From contig CM120643.1 in NCBI GenBank assembly GCA_051362555.1, forward strand, positions 11,382,644 through 11,446,643: a stretch of DNA of 64,000 bases, written 5' to 3'. The position numbers were made by a program, and so were the translations under genes. Below, in pieces: positions 56,616 through 64,000 of this stretch. Below the pieces are notes generated by a model, which was not told the origin of the DNA, did not search any database, and was given only the letters and a program-made list of their open reading frames with translations. Each line of letters opens with the position of its first letter. Position 1 is the first letter of the stretch. Source of the stretch: Lingula anatina. Taxonomy: Eukaryota > Animalia > Brachiopoda.

Positions 56616-59342
56616 TTATTTATATAAGTCAAGGGTAGTATTTTTGCCTGGTTTGCTTAATATTATGTTTTTTAGCTTAAGTTCTTTGAATAGATGGCTA
56701 TTTTCGAACCTGCTAATTGTTTTTGTGCCCAGAAAAAATAGTCTGCTTGATATATATTCAATGTTGGCCAGCTTGTGCAGCGTTACGATCGAAGTTTTTG
56801 TTGGTAATTTGAGCGCTATTCGTAGCGCTCTATTCTGGATTTTTTGCAGATCTTTGAGCCTTGTCTTGTTGATGCCAGCTAGTATAACTGCCCCGTACTC
56901 AAGTACGGGCCGAATGAAGGATTTATATAGTTTGAGGAGGCAGGCACTCGATGCCCCCCAGTTTGTTCCTCTGAGTCTTATGAGAAGGCCAGTTCTTTTC
57001 CTAGCTCTTTTCACTGTGTTGTCTACGTGTTTTTTGAAACCTAGTTTTCTGTCGAATGTGATTCCCAGCAGTGTGACTTCCTCACATGTTTCTAATCGGT
57101 CGCCAAATAATGTGAGGTTAAGCTTGGGTTGTTCATTTGATTTTGAAAAGATGATTAATTGTGTTTTCTTGGTGTTTAGTTTTATCCGCCATAGAGAGCA
57201 CCATAATTCGAGATCCTTTATCACGCCCGTCAGTCTGATTTCTATGCTTTTTACATTTTTGCATGATGTCCACATGCCTAAATCGTCTGCAAATTGAGAG
57301 ACCTCGGTGTTGTATCTTGGGTTTATTGGTAGGTCGTTCACATATATTAGAAATAGCAACGGGCTGATTACAGACCCCTGAGGCGTGCCAGCATTGAGAC
57401 TAACATATTCGGATTCCTCGCCTTTGATTCTGACCTTGATCTTTCTGTCTTTCAAAAAAGATGACAGCAAGCGGACAATCTTAACTGGCAGGTTACTATT
57501 TGCTAGTTTGTACCTTAACCCAGCGTGCCAAACTGAGTCAAAAGCCTTCTCCACGTCCAGCATCATAGCGCCCGTAACCCAGCCTTTGTTTATTGCCAGT
57601 TGTGCACTTTCAGCTAGTCTTAACACATGTTCCATTCCTTCTTTCTTGCTCATGTACGCTCTTTGCCATTTATTGAAAAATTGGTCATTTTCTAGTTTTT
57701 CTTTTATTCTAGTGGCGATTATTCTCTCGAATAGTTTGCCTAGGCAGCTTAGCAGGCTGATCGGTCTATAATTCGTTGTTACTTTGTGATCTTTCTCAGG
57801 TTTGGGTATCATTATACCAGTCGCTTTTTTCCATATTGTGGGGAAATATCCCAACTGCAGACAGTTGTTATAAATGTCGCATAGTTTGTTTTTCAGACAT
57901 ACAGGCGCTTTTTTAATTATCCCGTATGTTATTGTGTCGTCACCTGGTGACGTGTTTTTTGTATTTTTCAGATTTCCGTTAAGTTCATCTATTGTGATTT
58001 TATCTAGAATTTTGTGATCGTCCCCTTCTTCTAATGTCGGGTTAGATAAGGGATCGAATTTGTGTTTGTTTTTACCGACGTAGTTTTCCACCACCGCTTT
58101 AAAACCGTCGTCGAATATGACCCCCTCGTGGGTGTTATGTATCTTGCCAAGGGTATTTGCAAATGCATTTGCTTTCTCCGCATCGTTTGTTGTAAGTTGC
58201 CCATTTTCTTTGAGTACAGGCTTTTCAGATGTTTCTTTAGCTTTGCCAGTGCTAGTTAGCCTTTTAAACATGTCCCAGAAGGTCTTGTCCATTTTTCTTT
58301 CATTTAGCATAGAGGTAGCGGTTTCCCAAGCTTTTTGTTTTTCTTTTTTGATGGCTTCTTTGACCCGTTTTGTCATATAGTTGTACATGATTTTATAGAA
58401 AGGGCCTTCTTTCTTTTGAGCCAGGCGTCTTAGTTTTCTTTTCAGTTTTATAAGCTTAAGGGTGTCCTCGCTTACTCTCCATACATTTTCTCGTACCTTT
58501 GTTTTTGGGCATGCGGTTTCAAGTGCATTTACTAGTGTCTCGGTCACATTCTCACAAGCTTCGTCTATTCCAGTGGTGGTAGGTGTGACTGCGTCGCCAT
58601 TTAGATTTTCAGAAATTAGATGGTCAAACAGTGGTTGGTTTATTTTTCTTGTATTCCGCCGTAAGACAGTTGGTGCTCTTGCTATTCGGTTATTCTGAAT
58701 GATTTTTACGTGTAGGGGTAGATGGTCGCTACCGACGTCTTCACCTACATAACAGTCCGCTATTTTCGAGTAAAGTTGAGTCGTGACAAAAGCCATGTCC
58801 AGCGTATCAGTATTGCCATTAGTGGCCATGTGCGTAGTTTCGCCATTATCATTAAGATTTATCAGATCTAGTTCCTCAGTTATGTCAAAGAGAACGTTTC
58901 CGTTATTGTTCGTTTTCTTGCAACCAAAGAAAGCGTGCTTACTGTTAAAATCGCCTATAAATAGACAATTTTGATATTGATCAGTAAAGTGCTTAAATAC
59001 TGCTTTGTCAGGGGTTGTATGAGGTGGGTTATACAGTGAAACTATAGCCGTTTTTATTTGATTTATCGTAGTTTCTATCCCCAGTATTTCAGCATTAAGG
59101 TTGCTGGTATTGATAGCTTGGAACTTTACATCTTTCTTAACGAGTATAGCCACTCCGCCTCCATGCGCATCTCTGTCCCTGCGCAACACCTGATAGCCGC
59201 TCACAGATATTTTTGTCTTCTCACTCAACTTTGTCTCGTTTATGCATACGATGTCAGGTTTATGCTCTACCAGATATTCAACTAAGAGTTGTTTCTTGGT
59301 TTTAAGACTGTTTATGTTGATATGCATCAGGTGTGCCGCCAT
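56616..59342 (-). CDS. LINE ORF2: APE endonuclease plus reverse transcriptase, 908 aa, no evident RNase H
   Basis: APE motifs HININSL, INETKL, GGGVAI, GDFNS, TLDM, SDHLP. RT motifs YRPISLL, DVEKAFDSVWH, PQGSVISP, FADD. C-terminal LYKSFIRPVLEYG. Confidence 0.97.
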   Translation of the reverse strand: MAAHLMHININSLKTKKQLLVEYLVEHKPDIVCINETKLSEKTKISVSGYQVLRRDRDAHGGGVAILVKKDVKFQAINTSNLNAEILGIETTINQIKTAIVSLYNPPHTTPDKAVFKHFTDQYQNCLFIGDFNSKHAFFGCKKTNNNGNVLFDITEELDLINLNDNGETTHMATNGNTDTLDMAFVTTQLYSKIADCYVGEDVGSDHLPLHVKIIQNNRIARAPTVLRRNTRKINQPLFDHLISENLNGDAVTPTTTGIDEACENVTETLVNALETACPKTKVRENVWRVSEDTLKLIKLKRKLRRLAQKKEGPFYKIMYNYMTKRVKEAIKKEKQKAWETATSMLNERKMDKTFWDMFKRLTSTGKAKETSEKPVLKENGQLTTNDAEKANAFANTLGKIHNTHEGVIFDDGFKAVVENYVGKNKHKFDPLSNPTLEEGDDHKILDKITIDELNGNLKNTKNTSPGDDTITYGIIKKAPVCLKNKLCDIYNNCLQLGYFPTIWKKATGIMIPKPEKDHKVTTNYRPISLLSCLGKLFERIIATRIKEKLENDQFFNKWQRAYMSKKEGMEHVLRLAESAQLAINKGWVTGAMMLDVEKAFDSVWHAGLRYKLANSNLPVKIVRLLSSFLKDRKIKVRIKGEESEYVSLNAGTPQGSVISPLLFLIYVNDLPINPRYNTEVSQFADDLGMWTSCKNVKSIEIRLTGVIKDLELWCSLWRIKLNTKKTQLIIFSKSNEQPKLNLTLFGDRLETCEEVTLLGITFDRKLGFKKHVDNTVKRARKRTGLLIRLRGTNWGASSACLLKLYKSFIRPVLEYGAVILAGINKTRLKDLQKIQNRALRIALKLPTKTSIVTLHKLANIEYISSRLFFLGTKTISRFENSHLFKELKLKNIILSKPGKNTTLDLYK

Positions 59343-59386
59343 CTTTGGGTAGGGGTTTGATGCGTGTTAGTGTGTTTGAGTCTGTT

Positions 59387-61090
59387 TTACTTAAAGGCAA
59401 CGTGGTGGATAGTTTCACCATCTATGCTGACCTTGTAAGTAGTTGCTACAGCCTCTGCTATGTCTTTACATATGTCGCTTTCGTTTGCCTGTATTTTTAG
59501 TCTTTTTGAAGTCACTTTGATCAGTAATTTGGCTAGGCATATGGCCAGTTTGATAGATTCAGCAACATTCCCTTTCTTGGCATTGTCTATTGATATGCGT
59601 TTTTGTTCGGTGTTCATTTCTTTTTTATACACCTTGCATCCTTTGAAAGATGCCGGGTGTTCTTCTTTACAATTGGCACATTTGCGGGTGCTTTCTTTGC
59701 ACTCCTTATGACTGTGCGCCCCGCCACAGTTTTTGCAAGTCTCGGCTGACTTGCAGTGTTCGGCTACGTGCCCGAACTGTTGACACTTGTAGCACTGTTG
59801 TACTGGTGCTGTGACTGGCTTGTAGTCACGAATTTTGTATTTTTGATAACCCAGCAATAAACCGTTTTCAATCAACTCTTTCTTTTGATTTTTGTTTTCA
59901 CACGTAATTTTCACCTTGTTAATTTCGCTTCCTGTTTTAGCGCTGAACATACGCTTAGCTAACAGACCTTTTTCTTTTCTAATTTCATCGTCTGTTATTG
60001 AAACTGCTATGTTGCAGATGACCACGCACAAATTCTCTTTACTTTGTTTTTTGTTCGCTACTTTTCTTATGCCAACCTCATTTAGTTGGCTTTCTTTATT
60101 TTTCAGGGCAAGTAGCTTCTCAGCCGAAACCTCATCTTTGGGAAAGATAAGGGTGTTACCTTTCTTTGTTTTCACAATTTTGGTGATATCGGCATCACCA
60201 AGTACCTTCTTTAACTTGAGTGGATTGTCATCCAGGTGCCTAGGCAAATTTTCTAAAAGTATGGGCCTAGGTCTTTCTGCTTTTTTGTTTTCTTGTCCGC
60301 TTTTTTTAGTTTTAGAGTGGACAACGGTCCACTCTGATTCCTCGGAGTTTCCCTCCTCGCCCCGTGGAGGGTCGTCTGCTGGAGCCTTCTCGGCGATTTT
60401 GCGGAAATCGCCTCCCACAGTCTCCACCTTCTCGTTCAATTTGGCCCTTTTCTCGGCCTTTTTCCTTGCTTTCTTTGAGAGATTATCTCCCTCCTTCTCC
60501 CCTCTAATGGGGCTGGTTTGGTCACCGACCAGAGGACCTGTCTTCCTCTTTTCCCCTTTTTTCTTTCTTTGCTCACTAACTGCCCAATCCATTTCGTTGT
60601 CCCCGGTCGTCGGGAGACCGGGTGTCTTGCCCTTTTTTGGATGGGTTTTGCCCTCTTCAGGGTCTATCATTTCTCTGGTCATCGGGAGACCAGAGATATC
60701 TGCCGCCTTTTTGTGGCCCTGAAAAGGACCACTGAGAGCTGGTACACGGCCCTGCTCTGTGTTTTGAATCTCCTCGCCCCTTGGAGAATTAACCAACCGA
60801 TTTGCAGGTACACGGCCCTGCTCCGCATCTGAATTCTCCTCGCCCATGGGAGAAGTTGTACTCGTATCTTCGCTTGCAGGTACACGGTCCTGCTCCGACA
60901 CCTGCATCTCCTCGCCCCTGGGAGAGCAATCCTGTTCATACTTACCTTCGCCACAGGGATCAGCTAGCAGAGCTTGCCGAAGCTGTGGCGGTAGAGATGC
61001 CAGTACCTCCCTAAGGTGGTTCAACATCTCTACCTCATCGTCCTTAAAAGGACGTTTTGTGTTGGAAACAACAGCCTTAGCGTAGGACAT
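59387..61090 (-). CDS. LINE ORF1 gag-like nucleic-acid-binding protein with three zinc knuckles
   Basis: CYKCQQFGHVAEHC, CKNCGGAHSHKEC and CANCKEEHPASFKGC. Likely start MSYAKAV at 61090; an in-frame upstream ATG exists at 61162. Confidence 0.93.
   Translation of the reverse strand: MSYAKAVVSNTKRPFKDDEVEMLNHLREVLASLPPQLRQALLADPCGEGKYEQDCSPRGEEMQVSEQDRVPASEDTSTTSPMGEENSDAEQGRVPANRLVNSPRGEEIQNTEQGRVPALSGPFQGHKKAADISGLPMTREMIDPEEGKTHPKKGKTPGLPTTGDNEMDWAVSEQRKKKGEKRKTGPLVGDQTSPIRGEKEGDNLSKKARKKAEKRAKLNEKVETVGGDFRKIAEKAPADDPPRGEEGNSEESEWTVVHSKTKKSGQENKKAERPRPILLENLPRHLDDNPLKLKKVLGDADITKIVKTKKGNTLIFPKDEVSAEKLLALKNKESQLNEVGIRKVANKKQSKENLCVVICNIAVSITDDEIRKEKGLLAKRMFSAKTGSEINKVKITCENKNQKKELIENGLLLGYQKYKIRDYKPVTAPVQQCYKCQQFGHVAEHCKSAETCKNCGGAHSHKECKESTRKCANCKEEHPASFKGCKVYKKEMNTEQKRISIDNAKKGNVAESIKLAICLAKLLIKVTSKRLKIQANESDICKDIAEAVATTYKVSIDGETIHHVAFK
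60715..60730 (-). other. Histone-type 3' stem-loop embedded in LINE ORF1 (sense strand)
   Basis: Minus strand GGTCCTTTTCAGGGCC followed by ACAAA; 15/16 identical to the stem-loop of the four neighbouring histone genes. Confidence 0.75.
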
Positions 61091-61166
61091 TATTGGTATT
61101 AGCTTGGTATTCAATGAATGATGGAATGTCGAATGATCGAATGAATGATCGAATCGAATCATGATG

Positions 61167-61201
61167 AGAATGGCGAAAATTATTCAAAATAGGTATTTAT
61201 A
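61167..61201 (-). promoter_or_regulatory. Displaced H2A core promoter (TATAAATA plus CATTC cap motif), now directly upstream of the LINE
   Basis: Minus strand GGCTATAAATACCTATTTTGAATAATTTTCGCCATTCT. TATA at 61194-61201; the cap-motif A at 61171 is 30 nt away. Removing the LINE rejoins it to the H2A 5' UTR. Confidence 0.85.
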
Positions 61202-61782
61202 GCCATCGGTGGGGATTCAGTGCTGCACGCAAATCTGTCCAGTAAGAAAGCGTAGTCGGAATAACTGCCAATAGGTAAAGAGAGCGCTTAACTTGCCCTC
61301 GTTCTCACTGTGCAGCATTCGAGCCTCTAATTTGCATAAATCTATATTAGATTATTTGGTACCAGCATAAAGTTTACAGGGGCCATGAACTAACTATAGG
61401 TATAGTTTTGCACGATAGAAACAAGTGCTTCACACATCCTCCTTCCAATAACATAATTTTTATATATATAATGGTCACGGTTTGAGGGGTTGAATACCTC
61501 ATAAAGGCTTTTATTGTATTGCTCTAAACAAAGTTGACGTACGTCATGTTAGACTTGATTGAAATCGTAGGACACCTTAATTGCTGTCAGCTATTTCATT
61601 ACATAGAAGTTTTCTCTACTTCTATGTTGATTACAATCATTACTTTGATGTGACAGCTCATTGAACATAACGTCTGATTTGACACATGAACTGCTGTCAA
61701 GGAATTGAAACTAACAGCATACGCACGCTGTTCGTTAATGATGAGACCATTTTGATCTGTTTTCGTGAGGTCAATGCTATTT

Positions 61783-61923
61783 TGCCTCGGCTTCGACGCT
61801 GCATCTGTTGCGCGCTGGGAACTTCAACCAATCCGATTGTGAATTTCACAACGTGTAGCGCTGGATCCCCTTATTTGCATAACGCGTTGTATTTATACAA
61901 AACGCTCCCTTCCTGCAGTATTC
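61783..61923 (+). promoter_or_regulatory. H2B promoter: shared motif, CCAAT, octamer, TATA
   Basis: TGCCTCGGCTTCGACGCTGCA at 61783-61803; CCAAT ~61829; CCTTATTTGCATAA with octamer at 61873-61880; TATTTATA at 61890-61897; GTATTC ~61918. Confidence 0.8.
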
Positions 61924-61956
61924 AACGTTCATATTGCACGCTAGAATACAAGTACC

Positions 61957-62325
61957 ATGCCTCCCAAAGTGAGCTCCAAGGGCGCCAAGAAAGCCGGTAA
62001 GGCTAAGGCAGCACGCAGTGGTGACAAGAAGAGAAGGAGGAAGAGAAAGGAAAGCTACAGCATCTACATCTACAAGGTGATGAAACAGGTGCACCCTGAC
62101 ACCGGTATCTCCAGCAAAGCCATGAGCATCATGAACAGCTTTGTCAATGACATCTTTGAACGTATTGCCGGTGAAGCTTCCCGCCTTGCCCACTACAACA
62201 AGCGTTCCACCATCACCAGCCGAGAGGTCCAGACTGCTGTCCGTCTCTTGCTGCCTGGTGAGCTTGCCAAGCACGCTGTCAGTGAGGGCACAAAGGCCGT
62301 CACCAAGTACACCAGCTCCAAGTAA
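61957..62325 (+). CDS. H2B: Histone H2B (replication-dependent)
   Basis: 122 aa H2B ([32 protein letters not shown]...TKYTSSK); 3' stem-loop. Confidence 0.99.
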   Translation: MPPKVSSKGAKKAGKAKAARSGDKKRRRKRKESYSIYIYKVMKQVHPDTGISSKAMSIMNSFVNDIFERIAGEASRLAHYNKRSTITSREVQTAVRLLLPGELAKHAVSEGTKAVTKYTSSK

Positions 62326-62352
62326 ATCGACAAATCGTTGGTTTACACAAAC

Positions 62353-62392
62353 GGTCCTTTTCAGGACCACCCATGTTTTCCAAGAAAAGATA
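62353..62392 (+). terminator. H2B histone 3' stem-loop and HDE
   Basis: GGTCCTTTTCAGGACC at 62353-62368, ACCCA, then CAAGAAAAGATA at 62381-62392. Confidence 0.95.
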
Positions 62393-63730
62393 TACCAGTA
62401 CGTTAACGTACATGCTTATATATATTCCATTTTATCTAAATTCTGTACATTTCCTGGTTCTGTTATATTAGATGATTTAACATTTATGTGATGCCTCACT
62501 TTATTTAACATAACGATCATGTAGCAAAGCTGTCTGAAAAATGCTTTACGCTCACAATATTCAGCATATATACCCATGAAATTTTATAGCCACACCGCAT
62601 GATTTCTAGAAAAAATATAGTAAAATCTTTTTAATTTATCTCTTTATGTTTATGTCAGGAAAAGTTAGTAAATAACAATACAAAAATCTTGATAGCTTCC
62701 AAGTTCTAACCATGTGTGAAAGGCAATTCAACAAGAAACCTCTTTGCAATATACAGCCCTTTTACTAACATTCATACATGTATTACATTATTGATAGAAG
62801 TGCAATATAAACATATATTTGTTAAAAAAAAAAAAAAGATTTTCGCAAACTAGTTTAAAAGACCCAATTGAAACAAACTCTCAAGCACAGTTTCTGTTCA
62901 CACTTTCTTATCATACGTATGTATTGGTGGAAATGTGCAATGTAGTTTTCACGATAGTTCTCAACACAAAAACATACTTAGACTACAACATAACCAGTGC
63001 ATATTATACTGATCAATATGAAGGTATTTACTTTTAAATAGTACATAATTTTCCCTTAAACATTACTGTGCTTTGATGCAGTGCTTTTGAGCAACTCTTT
63101 TATCAGAGGATATGTGGCACGTACCTTTCTAGAACTTTCAGTAACAGCCAATGAATTAGTTTAATGCCCCCTCCCCCTTTTTTTACATTAGAAACACAAG
63201 CCCACTTAAATATGGCATGGGTTCAGGGGCATTTTGGAAATTATAAATTGAATGTCATCTTTGGACAACTTTTTCCACAGATCCTACATATTTCTGACAT
63301 TTTCATTTTATGCCTTTATAATTGTCATGTCTCAGGTGTGTATGTACCGGTCGGCAACATTGATGAAACGTGTTTTAAATTGTCAATCTGAAATGAATAA
63401 ATTGTTTTCCAAAGAACAACCATTAATTGCATACCGTCATGTTGAACGCTGTTCAAAATCATGATTAAATTACAATGAATACTAAAATCTTGTAACGTAT
63501 CATATTTTATAGCGATTTACAACCCAAGGGAATTCCCAGCCTCACTTTCGTCACTGAGACGATATCAACTTCCGGTGTATTGCACATGGGGAGTGCAACG
63601 TACACATTAAATTCTGGACTCTTGCTAAAAGAATCGACACAAGGTGGTATATTAAGTCTGAGTTACGCACTTGAGGTTTGCTATTTTCAAAAGAGAATTA
63701 ATGCTTAAATGTTTTGTGATGATGTGACCT

Positions 63731-64000
63731 CTTGTCTTCATTAAAGCGTATCCCCTTTCTTCTGGCTGTATCTAATACAACGCGCAGAGTCGCATCGTGG
63801 TCAGATCCGTCTTCCTGCCAACCTGCTATGATAAGGTCGGCGGCGATTCCGGTACACCCTGGAATGTCTTTGAAGACTTCTTCAATCTTGGCTTGGAAGA
63901 CGTCTTGAGATAGCGAGAGGCCAAAGGGTAGTCTGTTGTATCTAAATCTTCCAAAGGGCGTATTGAAGGTAGTCAGAAGAGAACTTTCTTCATCTAACGT
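63731..64000 (-). mobile_element. Ty3/Gypsy LTR-retrotransposon reverse transcriptase fragment, probably inactive; runs off the right edge
   Basis: Manual translation: TLDEESSLLTTFNTPFGRFRYNRLPFGLSLSQDVFQAKIEEVFKDIPGCTGIAADLII...GIRFNEDK. The catalytic xADD reads IAAD, and the frame stops shortly after FNEDK. Confidence 0.88.

Larger units (their letters stand above)
56104..61166 (-). mobile_element. Apparently full-length intact LINE (Jockey/I group) with 12-bp TSD, inserted at the H2A cap site
   Basis: ORF1 (3x CCHC) and ORF2 (APE-RT) are both open. TSD AGAATGGCGAAA at 56092-56103 and 61167-61178. The 3' end is a hairpin plus a short (CAT)n. Confidence 0.96.

Noticed and set aside
62400-63700. 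Possible H1 gene or other CDS downstream of H2B
   Set aside because: AT-rich, with no Lys/Ala-rich ORF, no histone stem-loop and only short uninformative ORFs.

Overview
Animal genomic DNA. The H2B N-terminus ([25 protein letters not shown]) looks lophotrochozoan, which is an inference. Positions 1 to ~48,060 are a tandem satellite of ~360-365 bp monomers with higher-order repeats and an embedded block of a divergent subfamily; the many short ORFs there are artefacts. Next comes a replication-dependent histone quartet arranged as two divergent pairs: H4(-)/H3(+) and H2A(-)/H2B(+). All four genes carry an identical 3' stem-loop and a shared downstream element. Both divergent promoter regions are interrupted by independent, TSD-flanked insertions of one Jockey/I-group LINE family. 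The intact copy sits exactly at the H2A cap site in sense orientation, 30 nt below the H2A TATA box. It has a short leader of CATTC repeats and a near-perfect histone 3' stem-loop inside ORF1, at the same distance from the start site as in H2A mRNA. It ends in a covarying hairpin rather than a poly(A) tail. Together these suggest a retrotransposon that captures histone promoters and mimics histone mRNA; this is a hypothesis resting on two copies. The window also holds an IS3EU-like MITE between H3 and H2A and an inactivated Gypsy RT fragment at the right edge.
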